Counted from the first letter of the stretch, positions 29,537-38,882 are shown. The stretch: DNA of 64,000 nt from Candidatus Uhrbacteria bacterium (GCA_037131775.1 JBAXQK010000002.1:87493-151492); one strand, 5' to 3'. Numbers and translations are program-made. Notes: generated by a model from the letters alone, not told the origin.

Positions 29537-30400
29537 TCACCCGGAGTGGGGTGAGCGAGACAGCTTGTCCGCGAGATCCTTGTCCATGCGGTCGAACGTC
29601 CGTTCGAGAAATTCGTCCGGATCCGACGGGTGCTGGTACAGGTCGATCGTGATGTCGAGCCTGTGGTCGCACAGCTCCAGCATGGAGTAGACGGTCTTTC
29701 CGCCCGGTGGCGTCGGCCAGAGAACGGTAACGATGGCCACGCCGTGGCTGGGAAGAGCGTCGCACATCTCGCGGAACGTTCCCTTTCCGACCAGCTCTCC
29801 GACACACTTGCGCGTTGCGCCTTCCTTCGGGCCGGTAAACCGCTCGCCCTCGGGGAAGATTCCGACGCTGACCGCGTCCTCGCGCGCGAGACGGTAGTAC
29901 TCCTCGAGAACGGGACGGTTGAACTTGCGACGATCCTCACTTGAAAGGTCCGGCATGTCCTTCCGACGCGCGACAATTGCATATCCGTTCCCGCGGAACA
30001 GTTTTCCGAGGAACGGGATTTTCACGATTGCCCATTTCACGACCCACCGGATACTCATCTGCCCGATCATCTTGGTGGCGACGGGATAGTTCACCGCATC
30101 CATCGCATGACGATGGTTTCCCGCGACGATGAACGCTTCTGGACGATCCAGACCGCGGATGTTCGTCCGAACGTGCGCCTCGATGGTGAGTCCGATGAAA
30201 AGCCGGGCCAGGTAGTACAGCGACGCGCCCGCTTCCGCGAGATGGCTGGCGTTCCTGCGCCGGCGCTCCGCCATGTCGACCCGCGTCACGGCCATCCATC
30301 CGCGCTTGGCCATTCCAGCGGGGTAGAAGACGAACAGAAGCGCAAGCCCCCACGCGGTGAGCCCGACTCCAAGGCGAACCCGATTGACGTATTTTTTCAT
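29537..30400 (-). CDS. plsC: 1-acyl-sn-glycerol-3-phosphate acyltransferase family (PlsC-like)
   Basis: AGNHRHAMD (HxxxxD) and FPEGER motifs, N-terminal TM. Confidence 0.75.
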   Translation of the reverse strand: MKKYVNRVRLGVGLTAWGLALLFVFYPAGMAKRGWMAVTRVDMAERRRRNASHLAEAGASLYYLARLFIGLTIEAHVRTNIRGLDRPEAFIVAGNHRHAMDAVNYPVATKMIGQMSIRWVVKWAIVKIPFLGKLFRGNGYAIVARRKDMPDLSSEDRRKFNRPVLEEYYRLAREDAVSVGIFPEGERFTGPKEGATRKCVGELVGKGTFREMCDALPSHGVAIVTVLWPTPPGGKTVYSMLELCDHRLDITIDLYQHPSDPDEFLERTFDRMDKDLADKLSRSPHSG

Positions 30401-30439
30401 TTCCGAATGTCCTCCGGAAAACCACCCTACTCCGCGGAA

Positions 30440-30500
30440 CCGATTCGCACAAGGGACACCCCCAAAACGAAAAATCCCCCGTCCGATTGTTCGGACGAGG
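30440..30500 (-). terminator. Rho-independent terminator (minus strand)
   Basis: CCCCCGTCCG...CGGACGGGGG stem followed by ATTTTTCGTTTT on the minus strand. Confidence 0.4.
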
Positions 30501-30505
30501 CACGG

Positions 30506-30739
30506 TTACCGGGAAACCGGACGGGGGCAGAGCCAAGACGAGGCGATCGTTGCCACGAGCAGGAGCTCGGAGGCGATCAGCACGGCGACGGCGAGGCTGG
30601 GATCTCCCGAGTAGAGGAGACCGGCGGCCAACGGGACGCGAGCAAGAAGGATGGTGAGCGCGATGCGGGACGGAATGCGGATGGTCGCGGACATGCAAAT
30701 GCTCCTGAGCCGTTTTGGCCGACCGGCATTGTACGCCAT
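30506..30739 (-). CDS. Small hypothetical membrane protein
   Basis: 77 aa, two hydrophobic helices; lies between the lipoprotein gene and the terminator. Confidence 0.25.
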   Translation of the reverse strand: MAYNAGRPKRLRSICMSATIRIPSRIALTILLARVPLAAGLLYSGDPSLAVAVLIASELLLVATIASSWLCPRPVSR

Positions 30740-30827
30740 TCCGCGGGATTGTCAATGGGGGCGTCGAATTGAACAAAAAGCGCCCGCCCGGAGACACGGT
30801 CTCCGGGCGGGCGCTTCGACGTTCCGC

Positions 30828-31397
30828 CTATTTTCCATCCGGTCCCGAGGCCGCGTACCGGACGGGGACGTCCAGCTCGTCGGCGCGGGATGGGTCGCCG
30901 GACGGGTTCGAGCGCATCAGGACGATGGTGCCCGATCCCGGCATGATCGCGACGTAGTCGAGATCCAGGGTAAACGGGACGAATTCGGTCGTCATCCACT
31001 CGCCTTCCGTCTTCGCGGTTCCCGTGCCGAGCGTCTTGCCGTTGGCATCCACGAGCTTCACGAGGAACGATGCGCCGAAAAACCAGCTGCCGCGCGCCTC
31101 GCCGGCGATGGAGATCGGGCTCGACACGTCCGCGTTCGGCTTCGGGCTGGTGACGCGGATGAGATCGCGTTTCGCGATGGCGTTGCCCGTGTTCGTCGGC
31201 GCGAGCGCGTCCGCGTTCGGAGCCGCGACGGCCGGGTCGGACGGATCGGCCGTCGCGTCCGTCGGAGCAACCGTGGTCGATACGGGAGCCGGGGCGGGCT
31301 TCACGGACGGACGTGGCGAGACGTTCGCCGACGAGGAGCAGCCGAAGCCGGACAGGACGACGGCGAGCAGGATGGCGGCGAGATTGAGCGTGCGCAT
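30828..31397 (-). CDS. Lipoprotein with C-terminal Gmad2/Ig-like domain
   Basis: Signal peptide plus lipobox LSGFGC; Pro/Ala-rich linker. Confidence 0.6.
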   Translation of the reverse strand: MRTLNLAAILLAVVLSGFGCSSSANVSPRPSVKPAPAPVSTTVAPTDATADPSDPAVAAPNADALAPTNTGNAIAKRDLIRVTSPKPNADVSSPISIAGEARGSWFFGASFLVKLVDANGKTLGTGTAKTEGEWMTTEFVPFTLDLDYVAIMPGSGTIVLMRSNPSGDPSRADELDVPVRYAASGPDGK

Positions 31398-31465
31398 ACG
31401 GGGATGATTCGCGGATTAGCTGACGATCATTGCATCATCCTCCCAATCGCTTATTTGCGCAAGTG

Positions 31466-32047
31466 TTAATTTATTTCGAACGGATTCTCCATGTCGAACA
31501 CGACCACCGGCGAGTGGTTGTTAAAGTGATCCTCATCGAATCCGTATTTCCGCGCGTACAGCGTGTCCGTCGAGCAAAACAGCGCCGTCACGTAGTCGAA
31601 CCCGAGCTTTTCGGACGCCGCGCGCACCGTCGCCTCGTCGCGGCCCTCGACCTCGACGAACGGCTCGAGAAACGGCCACTCGTCGATGGTCACGTCGGTC
31701 CCGTCGAGCCGCCACAGCTCGCGCCGCGTCTCCTGGTGCGCCTTGCGGTCGGCCCCGGCCAGTGACAGCAGCTCGACCGCCGCGCCGAAGTCGTCCACGG
31801 TCAGGCAGATCTCCTTCTGGTCCTCGATCGCCGAGCCGCTCACGACCTTCAAACTCATCGTCACCTTGTCGCCCTCGTCCCGCACCCGAAGCCACGCGCC
31901 CGGAATCTCGTGTCCCTTCGGCAGGTTGAACACCGCGCGCCGCTGCGTGAACTCGGGACGGACGAGCGTCGCGCCGGCGGCACGAAGTTTTGCGCGAACC
32001 GCGTCCTTGTCGACGTTTTCAAACGTTGCCTCGTATTCGATGTTCAT
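31466..32047 (-). CDS. CYTH-domain protein (class IV adenylate cyclase / triphosphatase-like)
   Basis: MNIEYEATFENVD... has the N-terminal ExExK pattern; 193 aa; ATG at 32045-32047 (revcomp); upstream ORF-track extension rejected. Confidence 0.7.
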   Translation of the reverse strand: MNIEYEATFENVDKDAVRAKLRAAGATLVRPEFTQRRAVFNLPKGHEIPGAWLRVRDEGDKVTMSLKVVSGSAIEDQKEICLTVDDFGAAVELLSLAGADRKAHQETRRELWRLDGTDVTIDEWPFLEPFVEVEGRDEATVRAASEKLGFDYVTALFCSTDTLYARKYGFDEDHFNNHSPVVVFDMENPFEIN

Positions 32048-32130
32048 AGAAATATGCGTTTCGTCCCCATGATGCGACAGAATGCACCGGACGGCAAGGA
32101 AATAAAAAACCGGCACGAATGCCGGAGAGA

Positions 32131-32802
32131 CTAGCGGACCGTGCCGGTCAGCATGACGTAACAGCGGGGCGGGTCGAAGCGACCTTCCCAGTCGGTCTGG
32201 TTCGCAAGGCCGAGGCGAACCAGGCTCGCCGGGCACACGGAGCCGGATGGCATGGTGCTGCCTCGAATCTTCGCGAGGAAGATCTCCGATTTGACCTTGC
32301 AGACCAGCCTTCCCTCTCCTGGAACGAGAACCTCCGCGTACTCGTCGTCCCCGACCGTCAGCTTCTCGCAGGGAACGTACCCGACGGAACGCGGATGCGA
32401 GACGAATCCGTACGCGAATGCCTTGTCGTTGTCCTGACGGAAGACGTTCGGGAACAGGAGTTGGACGGTCTCGAACGTGAACGCGGCGGTGTACCGGCGA
32501 ATCGTCGGTTCGTTCGCCATTCCAAGGAACCTGATCGAGGCCAGGTCGACCAGGCGATCCTCCGGGTGCGTGATGCGTGGGTTGGAACGGACGGGTTCCG
32601 GCATCCGGATGATCCGGCCGGGCCTCCAGAGATTTCGGACCGACTCGCCTGCGACCCCGAAGAGACTCGGGTGCAGGTGCGTTCCCACCGATGAGAGCAC
32701 GCGTACCTGTTCCCAGGATCCGCCGCGCTCGATTGCCGCGCACCCGCAGAATGCTCCGCCCGACATCTCCGTCCTTGAAAGCACGACGGCGGTCACGCTC
32801 AT
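32131..32802 (-). CDS. Hypothetical protein
   Basis: 223 aa from MSVTAVVL; balanced composition; ATGA overlap with the upstream DUF488 gene. Confidence 0.4.
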   Translation of the reverse strand: MSVTAVVLSRTEMSGGAFCGCAAIERGGSWEQVRVLSSVGTHLHPSLFGVAGESVRNLWRPGRIIRMPEPVRSNPRITHPEDRLVDLASIRFLGMANEPTIRRYTAAFTFETVQLLFPNVFRQDNDKAFAYGFVSHPRSVGYVPCEKLTVGDDEYAEVLVPGEGRLVCKVKSEIFLAKIRGSTMPSGSVCPASLVRLGLANQTDWEGRFDPPRCYVMLTGTVR

Positions 32803-33485
32803 GACGCCCTCCGGCCCGGCATGCGGGACGCGGGAATGTCCGCGCTCGGGATGGGCTCGAGGAGGTAGCGCCGCGGACTCTTGAGCGACGGCGCGATCCC
32901 CCCGACATTCTCGGGACTGAGGTGCGCGACCATGACTCCGTCCACGTGCTTCGCGATCATCCCGAGCAGCACGCGCCGATGGCAGTCCTCGTCGTGCTGG
33001 CACGCGCAGAGGAACGCGATGCGCTCGTGCGGGCCGTATAGGAGCTCGCGCAGGGGCGATCCTTCTCGCAGCACCTTCCGATCGGTCGAGAGAAGTCTCG
33101 CATACCCCTTCAGGAACGCCGTCCAGGCGACGGCGCGCTCCTCGCGGGCAGCCGATTTTCCGTCCGCGACCTTGTGATACGCCGCGCGGAGGTCGGCCGT
33201 CGGAGCAAGCTCCGCGATGTGCGCATAGCCGACGTCGTGCCGTTCGCAGGCGTAGGCGATGTCGTCGCCATGCGCGAACCGCGCGTCTCGATACGTCGTG
33301 GTCTGCCGCGTGTCCACGAGCATCGTGACGCGCTCCGCCTCAAGCGTCCCGAAGAAGTGCCGCGCGCTCATCCCGCAGCTGATCCCGCACACCGTGGTGA
33401 GCGAGGACGGCCGCGGGAGTCGCACCCGGGCCGAGTCGGTCGTTGGGACGGGCGTCCCGAATGCAATTCCAAGCTGTTCCGGCAT
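32799..33485 (-). CDS. DUF488-family protein
   Basis: LVDTRQTTTYRDARF and AFLCACQHDEDCHRRVL match the DUF488 pattern L.DVR..P.S...F and LLCaC....CHR; start uncertain. Confidence 0.55.
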   Translation of the reverse strand: MPEQLGIAFGTPVPTTDSARVRLPRPSSLTTVCGISCGMSARHFFGTLEAERVTMLVDTRQTTTYRDARFAHGDDIAYACERHDVGYAHIAELAPTADLRAAYHKVADGKSAAREERAVAWTAFLKGYARLLSTDRKVLREGSPLRELLYGPHERIAFLCACQHDEDCHRRVLLGMIAKHVDGVMVAHLSPENVGGIAPSLKSPRRYLLEPIPSADIPASRMPGRRAS

Positions 33486-33571
33486 GAGAGCCCTCCGTTG
33501 CTGGGCACGCGAACGGTAGCCGAAAACGGCCGCCCCGTCAACGGGAGCGGCCGGTCCTCCTCGAAATGCGA

Positions 33572-33889
33572 TTACCGCTCCACCGGATACCCCGCCGCCG
33601 CCCATGCCGTCACGCCGCCCTCGACGCTCGACGCGTCCGGCAGGCCGATCTCGCTCAGCCGCGCGCAGACCCGCCCGCTGCGCCCGCCGGTCAGGCAGTG
33701 GACGTACACGTGGTCGTACGCGCGCAGCGCCTCCTCGTAAATCGCCAGGCCGCCGATTGGTCGGTTGATGGCCGACGGAATGTGCCCTTCGGCGTATTCG
33801 TCCGGCGATCGGACGTCGATCAGGATGCTCTTCCCCGGCGCCGGATTCTCAAGGCGTTCCTTCAGTTCCTGGACGGTAATGGTTTTCAT
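33572..33889 (-). CDS. Rhodanese-domain sulfurtransferase
   Basis: 105 aa, active-site loop [11 protein letters not shown]. Confidence 0.8.
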   Translation of the reverse strand: MKTITVQELKERLENPAPGKSILIDVRSPDEYAEGHIPSAINRPIGGLAIYEEALRAYDHVYVHCLTGGRSGRVCARLSEIGLPDASSVEGGVTAWAAAGYPVER

Positions 33890-34551
33890 ACGGTTGAGAT
33901 GAATTGTTCTTTCTCCTCCCTCGACAGCCTCTTCAGCGAAACCTCAAGCTTCCTTGCGGTCGTCCCGTCCTTCGTTTTCTTCGACCACACGATTTCGACG
34001 GGTCCGCGTCCCCGCGTATACTTCGCCCCCGTCCCGCCGTTGTGCGCCGCGAGGCGACGGTCAAGATCCGTCGTGATCCCCGTGTACAATGTCCCGTCGA
34101 CGCATCGAAGGACATACACGAACCATGGGCGCGGCGACGCCGTCGACGCAAGGTGCGCGCGGATCTTTTCCAGCCACTTCTCCCGCGTCCGCTTTCGCAT
34201 CAGCTCGCCCTCCCAGACTTTCAAGACGCTCCACCCTGCCTTTCTCAGCGCCGCCCGCGACGCCCGGTCACGCTTCATATTCCGCTCGATCTTCGCGCGC
34301 CACCAGTCGTTCAGCTTCGGCAGTCGCGTCGCCGCGTTCCGACCGTGCCAAAAGTCGCCGTCGAGAAAGATCGCCACCTTCCGCGATGGAATCGCCACGT
34401 CGGGACAACCGACGACCCGATCGTAATGCCGCTGAAAATAAATCTTCTCCTTCCGCAAAAACGAAAACACCACGCGCTCGACCGTGGTGTTCTTCGAGCG
34501 GATCTTTGACATGACGTCGCTGCGCTTTTCCTTGGAGAAGATGTCGGGCAT
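33886..34551 (-). CDS. Fusion protein: very-short-patch-repair endonuclease (Vsr) domain plus GIY-YIG (YhbQ/UPF0213-like) nuclease domain
   Basis: N-terminus [11 protein letters not shown]...GCPDVAI...[11 protein letters not shown]...RDR...[12 protein letters not shown] parallels E. coli Vsr; C-terminus [47 protein letters not shown] matches YhbQ (LYTGITTD). Confidence 0.75.
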   Translation of the reverse strand: MPDIFSKEKRSDVMSKIRSKNTTVERVVFSFLRKEKIYFQRHYDRVVGCPDVAIPSRKVAIFLDGDFWHGRNAATRLPKLNDWWRAKIERNMKRDRASRAALRKAGWSVLKVWEGELMRKRTREKWLEKIRAHLASTASPRPWFVYVLRCVDGTLYTGITTDLDRRLAAHNGGTGAKYTRGRGPVEIVWSKKTKDGTTARKLEVSLKRLSREEKEQFISTV

Positions 34552-34560
34552 GAGTCACGA

Positions 34561-35028
34561 TTACTCCGAGATGTCGACGATCTCCGGGTTCTCAATCCTC
34601 AGATAGTCCGCGTACGGCATCGACACGGAATCCGTGAGCGAGCCCGCGTTAAAGTGGATCGTCTCGTTTTCCGCGAGACGCGCGTCGCAGTAGGTCTTGA
34701 GCCCGATCACGGAGCCGAGCGGCGGGACGCTTCCGCGGACGCAGCCGGTGACCGTTTCCGGGTCCTGCGCGAACGATACGGCCTCGCCGACGATCGCCTT
34801 TGCCTTCTTGGCGTCGAACCGCAGATCCGCCGGGATCACGAACAACCAGTGCGTCCCCGTTTTCTTTCCGTGGATCACAAGAGCCTTCGCCCCCGCGTGC
34901 ATGCTCACGCCCCGCACGCGCGACGCGTCCTCGCTCGTGACGGTCGGCTCATGGTGCTCGGTGGTGTACTTGGCTTCGTTCGTATTTAGCAGTTCGATGA
35001 TTTTTTCATAGACGGTCATACCGACCAC
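34561..35028 (-). CDS. YbaK/ProX-type aminoacyl-tRNA deacylase domain protein
   Basis: 155 aa; HAGAKALVIHGKK...GSVPPLG pattern typical of the YbaK/EbsC editing domain. Confidence 0.7.
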   Translation of the reverse strand: MVGMTVYEKIIELLNTNEAKYTTEHHEPTVTSEDASRVRGVSMHAGAKALVIHGKKTGTHWLFVIPADLRFDAKKAKAIVGEAVSFAQDPETVTGCVRGSVPPLGSVIGLKTYCDARLAENETIHFNAGSLTDSVSMPYADYLRIENPEIVDISE

Positions 35029-36072
35029 TTATACCACAACCTCCTCCCACGAGAAACCGGGCTTCCCGAAATGCCCATATGACGCGGTTCCCTGGAACAC
35101 CGGCTCGCGGAGGCGGAGTCGTTCGATGATCGCCGCCGGACGAAAATCGTAGACGCGGGCTAGAGCGGAGATATCGCGGCCGTTCTCATCGCGAGCCGAG
35201 ACCATGAGTGGCTCGGCGCGGCCGATGGCGTATGCGACGGAGACGAGGCACTCGTTGGCGTCGCCGCGCGCGACGATGTTCTTGGCGACGAACCGCGACA
35301 TGTACGCGGCCGAGCGGTCGACCTTCGTCGCGTCCTTTCCGGAGAACGCGCCGCCGCCGTGCGGGATGAACCCGCCGTACGTGTCTACCATAATCTTGCG
35401 CCCGGTCAGCCCCGTGTCCGCGTCGAACCCGCCGCGCACGAACGAGCCGGTAGGGTTCACGAGGATCTCGACGTCGCTTCGCAGGCCGAGCGGACGGACG
35501 AGACGGTCGACGATCGTCCGTCGAATCTCGTCCTGACCCACGTCCGCCGCGTGCTGCGTGCTCACGAGCACGGTTCGCACCTCGCCGTTCTCGACGGTCA
35601 CCTGCCCCTTCCCGTCCGGACGCAGCCAGAGCACACCGCCGTCGCGTCGCAACGCCTCGAGTCCGCGCGTTAACGCATGCGCCGCCACCACCCCGCGCTG
35701 CAAAAACTCCGGCGTCTCGTTGGTCGCGTACCCGTACATGATCCCCTGGTCGCCCGCGCCGCCCGTGTCCACGCCCATCGCGATGTCCGGCGACTGCGAC
35801 ACGACGCTCACGATCACGCGCGCCGGCTCGTCGTACCCGATCGCCCTGATCGTCGCCCGCGCGATCGCCTCGTAGTCGACGACCGCGGCGGTCGTCACTT
35901 CCCCGCCGACGACGAACAGCCCCGCCGCGCCGAAGCACTCGACGGCCACGCGGCTCCTCGGATCCTGCCGAAGGCACGCGTCCAGCACCGCGTCGCTCAC
36001 CTGGTCGCACACCTTGTCGGGATGACCGCTCGTGACGGACTCGACGGAATAGAGATTCGGAATGTGGCTCAT
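35029..36072 (-). CDS. metK: S-adenosylmethionine synthetase
   Basis: ESVTSGHPDKVCDQVSDAVLD, GGGAFSGKDATKVDRSAAY motifs; 347 aa. Confidence 0.9.
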   Translation of the reverse strand: MSHIPNLYSVESVTSGHPDKVCDQVSDAVLDACLRQDPRSRVAVECFGAAGLFVVGGEVTTAAVVDYEAIARATIRAIGYDEPARVIVSVVSQSPDIAMGVDTGGAGDQGIMYGYATNETPEFLQRGVVAAHALTRGLEALRRDGGVLWLRPDGKGQVTVENGEVRTVLVSTQHAADVGQDEIRRTIVDRLVRPLGLRSDVEILVNPTGSFVRGGFDADTGLTGRKIMVDTYGGFIPHGGGAFSGKDATKVDRSAAYMSRFVAKNIVARGDANECLVSVAYAIGRAEPLMVSARDENGRDISALARVYDFRPAAIIERLRLREPVFQGTASYGHFGKPGFSWEEVVV

Positions 36073-36289
36073 AACGAAAACGCGCTCCCAAAAAGGGAGC
36101 GAATAAAATAAATTATCTTTCCCCGACGCGGGCGAGAATTGGCACCGGTTTCGACGACGCGTCGAATGGTTGCCGGCAGGTCACAGGGCTCGTTCCCTCG
36201 CTGCGCTCTGGATAGGATCGATTGTACGCACGCGCATGATACCACGCCCGTTGACAATTCGTCCACGAGGCGATACTCTCCCGGCGCAC

Positions 36290-36763
36290 ATGGGATTCAG
36301 CATGAACGTCCTACTCATCGTCTCCGCCCTCGACCTGACCAATCTTTTCGGCGAAAGCTCTTCGCTTCGAAGCGAAGGCGTCCTGGATGCCGTTCGCGGC
36401 CTTGCCACCGCGGTCAACGACTCGGACGGGATCCTGATCGCCGTCGAGAACCAGAACGTCATCCAAGCCATCACTCCGCACCTTCTTCCCTCGCGACTGC
36501 GCATCATCCAGCGCGGTGCCGAGCCGGTACTCGCGAACGTTTCCGTCGCGGTGCTGATCGGAGGCGGAACGGAGGAGATCGTCCTCGCCCGTCGCATCCG
36601 AAACGCGCGCATCCGTGTCATCCCCGTCGCGTCCACCGGCCTCGCCCCGATCGACCTGCTCGTCGAGATGGAGACGAACGACGAGATCAGCAAACCGAAT
36701 GTGGTCGAGCTCCTCTCGAACACCGACTACCCCGCGCTTTTCAAGCGACTCCTGTCGTCGTAA
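36290..36763 (+). CDS. Hypothetical Rossmann-like protein (weak LOG/SLOG-like GGGTEE motif)
   Basis: SVAVLIGGGTEEIVLA resembles the LOG PGGxGTxxE motif; start uncertain (ATG 36290 or 36302; track ORF from 36170). Confidence 0.3.
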   Translation: MGFSMNVLLIVSALDLTNLFGESSSLRSEGVLDAVRGLATAVNDSDGILIAVENQNVIQAITPHLLPSRLRIIQRGAEPVLANVSVAVLIGGGTEEIVLARRIRNARIRVIPVASTGLAPIDLLVEMETNDEISKPNVVELLSNTDYPALFKRLLSS

Positions 36764-36826
36764 CCCGACGGCTTTTTTTCTTTTCCGCGCGCGGACATTC
36801 CTGAGACATGGGATAATCGAATTCAT

Positions 36827-36855
36827 TTGACGTGGGGGGGCAAGGCCACATGATA
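36827..36855 (+). promoter_or_regulatory. Promoter candidate TTGACG-17-ATGATA with a G7 tract in the spacer
   Basis: TTGACG 36827-36832; G7 at 36834-36840; putative -10 at 36850-36855; AAGGAGG RBS at 36871-36877. Confidence 0.3.
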
Positions 36856-36882
36856 ACCTCCACCAGCCTTAAGGAGGCTTCC

Positions 36883-37179
36883 GTGAAAAAATCAGTCGTG
36901 TTCTTCGTTTTCTTCTTCGCCACGTTCTTCGGAATCGGCCAGCACGCCCTGGCTTCGGGGGTGTGTCAGATTCAGGTGTCGTGCCGCCACCTCGTCGCCT
37001 GCGTCCACCCCGTCACGACGACGACGACGATCGTCGCGTGCCAGCACTACGTGACGACGCAGTACGGCACAACGGTCGCGCACCCTTCTGGTGACATCGT
37101 CACGCACACGGTACCCATGCATCCCGGCGGAGATTTTCTCCACTCCTACGACCTGGAAAACGTCGACTGCGGGTACTAG
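36883..37179 (+). CDS. Small secreted cysteine-rich protein
   Basis: GTG start 5 nt after AAGGAGG; signal peptide VKKSVVFFVFFFATFFGIGQHALA; mature about 73 aa with 6 Cys and a TTTT run. Confidence 0.5.
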   Translation: MKKSVVFFVFFFATFFGIGQHALASGVCQIQVSCRHLVACVHPVTTTTTIVACQHYVTTQYGTTVAHPSGDIVTHTVPMHPGGDFLHSYDLENVDCGY

Positions 37180-37296
37180 TCTGTCCCGCGAGACAGATGA
37201 TAGGGCCACCGGCTTCACCAAGACCCTGCGTCGACGTCCCGTTCTCCAAGCGTCTCCTGTCGTCCTGAACCGGACGGCTTTTTTCTTTTCCGTCGA

Positions 37297-37325
37297 TTGA
37301 CATTTTCTCAAATATCCTGTATATT
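37297..37325 (+). promoter_or_regulatory. Strong sigma70-like promoter TTGACA-17-TATATT for the NADAR gene
   Basis: TTGACA 37297-37302, TATATT 37320-37325, AAAGGAG RBS then GTG at 37367. Confidence 0.5.
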
Positions 37326-37366
37326 GCTCGGTCTCCCGCACTATCGCGGTAGCAAAGGAGTTCAAG

Positions 37367-37831
37367 GTGGAACAGAGAAACATCGGCGGAAGACGCCCGG
37401 AAGGCCAGCCGGAAGACCTGCTCAGCAACTTCCCGGCGCTCGCGTTCGTCCTCGACGGCATGGAGCTGGCATCGACCGAGGGGTTCATCCAGGGGATCAA
37501 GTTCCCGGAAGGCGACCCTCGACGCGAACAGGCGTTCCGCATGTCGGGCGGAAAGGCAAAGCGGATGGCCCGCGGCGCGGAAGGACGATTCGTGTGGTGG
37601 CAGGGCAAGGAGATCGCCTACGGGTCCTCCGAGCATCACGCCCTTATCGAACGCGCCATCCGCGCGAAGTTCGAGCAGCAGCCGGCAGCGATGCAGACGC
37701 TGCTCGAGACCGAGGGGATGGAACTGATCCACGACCTCGGCACCCCGGAATCGGCGACCACGTCGCTGCCGGCCCGCGTCTTCTGCGCGATCCTCACGAG
37801 GATTCGCCAGGAGCGCCTCGCCCGTCCGTAA
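37367..37831 (+). CDS. NADAR (DUF1768/YbiA-like) domain protein
   Basis: LLSNFPALAFVLDGMELASTEGFIQGIKF and WQGKEIAYGSSEHHALIERAIRAKFEQQP...LLETEGMELIHDLG fit the NADAR consensus. Confidence 0.7.
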   Translation: MEQRNIGGRRPEGQPEDLLSNFPALAFVLDGMELASTEGFIQGIKFPEGDPRREQAFRMSGGKAKRMARGAEGRFVWWQGKEIAYGSSEHHALIERAIRAKFEQQPAAMQTLLETEGMELIHDLGTPESATTSLPARVFCAILTRIRQERLARP

Positions 37832-37867
37832 CGCAAGTTACGGACGGGCTTTTTCTTACCGAATGAG

Positions 37868-37896
37868 TTGACACGAAGACGAAATCATGGTAGATT
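37868..37896 (+). promoter_or_regulatory. Promoter candidate TTGACA-17-TAGATT for the pilin gene
   Basis: TTGACA 37868-37873, TAGATT 37891-37896. Confidence 0.35.
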
Positions 37897-37923
37897 CACG
37901 ATCCTCTAACAAAGAGAGGATCA

Positions 37924-38298
37924 ATGAAGAACGCTCGTTTCAACGGCCGCAACGGCTTCTCGCTCGTCGAACTCATGATCGTGGTCGCGATCGTCGGGAT
38001 CCTCGCCGCGATCGTCATCGGCGGATTCTGCCTCTGGGCTTGGAGCAAGGCCTCCGTGGACGTCATCGGCTCGAACCGCGCCTACGACGCGGTCGGCGCC
38101 GCGCAGTACTCCAACCCGGAGCTCGTGATGACCTACGACGACGAGTCCGCCCACTGCCGCGCCGCAGACGACGTGGTCGCCTACCAAATGCGGGCCACGG
38201 ACAAGAGCGGCGCGCGGCAGGATCTCACGGTCTGCTGCGGCTCGGCCCTGTCGACGAAGCCCTGCTCGATCACGCTCGATCCGACACGGGCGGAGTGA
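37924..38298 (+). CDS. Type IV pilin / pseudopilin (prepilin N-terminal methylation domain)
   Basis: Leader MKNARFNGRNG then FSLVELMIVVAIVGILAAI; 4 Cys in the C-terminal domain. Confidence 0.8.
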   Translation: MKNARFNGRNGFSLVELMIVVAIVGILAAIVIGGFCLWAWSKASVDVIGSNRAYDAVGAAQYSNPELVMTYDDESAHCRAADDVVAYQMRATDKSGARQDLTVCCGSALSTKPCSITLDPTRAE

Positions 38299-38507
38299 TG
38301 AAGATCACCGCCGGCACGCTGACCGTCGTCTGCGCCAAAGACGGGTGCGGACACAAAAACGTCCTCCACGACGTGAAGGACGCGAAGACCGTCGTCTGCG
38401 AGAAGTGCCATGGCACGATCGCGCTTCCCGCGAGCCCCGTCGGCGTCATCACCGCCGGCAACGTGACGATCATCTCGGGCAACGTCAAGGACTTCTCGTT
38501 CGACTAG
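38298..38507 (+). CDS. Small zinc-ribbon protein translationally coupled to the pilin (TGATG overlap)
   Basis: MKITAGTLTVVCAKDGCGHKNV...VVCEKCHGTI; 69 aa; two Cys pairs; start ATG overlaps the pilin stop by 1 nt. Confidence 0.4.
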   Translation: MKITAGTLTVVCAKDGCGHKNVLHDVKDAKTVVCEKCHGTIALPASPVGVITAGNVTIISGNVKDFSFD

Positions 38508-38511
38508 CCCG

Positions 38512-38545
38512 CTCCCAGCCTTCTTGGCTGGATTTTTCTTTTACG
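38512..38545. terminator. Rho-independent terminator
   Basis: CCAGCC-TTCTT-GGCTGG followed by ATTTTTCTTTT. Confidence 0.4.
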
Positions 38546-38876
38546 CCGCGTTCCGCTCCGCCAGATACGCCCTTCCTTTCGCAAGCGCCTTCTTTTCCAG
38601 CGCGACCTCGAGATCGATTTTTAACATCGACGCGAGATGCAGCACGGTTACCGCCACGTCCGCGATCTCAGCCGCGAGGTTCGCCTGCGCCGTCTCCGGA
38701 TCCACGCGCTTCTCCGCGCGGCACAGGTTCCGGCTCACGGTCAGCGCTTCCGCGAACTCGCCGGTTTCTTCCATGAGCTTGAGAACGAGGAGATCGACGC
38801 TCAGCGGGATGCCATGCTTTTTCGAATAACGTTCCGCGTTGGCATCGACGAGGCGTTGGATTTCGGAGAGGTCCAT
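38541..38876 (-). CDS. MazG-like nucleotide pyrophosphohydrolase
   Basis: LMEETGEFAEAL (EExGE motif), 111 aa all-helical. Confidence 0.6.
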   Translation of the reverse strand: MDLSEIQRLVDANAERYSKKHGIPLSVDLLVLKLMEETGEFAEALTVSRNLCRAEKRVDPETAQANLAAEIADVAVTVLHLASMLKIDLEVALEKKALAKGRAYLAERNAA

Positions 38877-38882
38877 ACGTGA

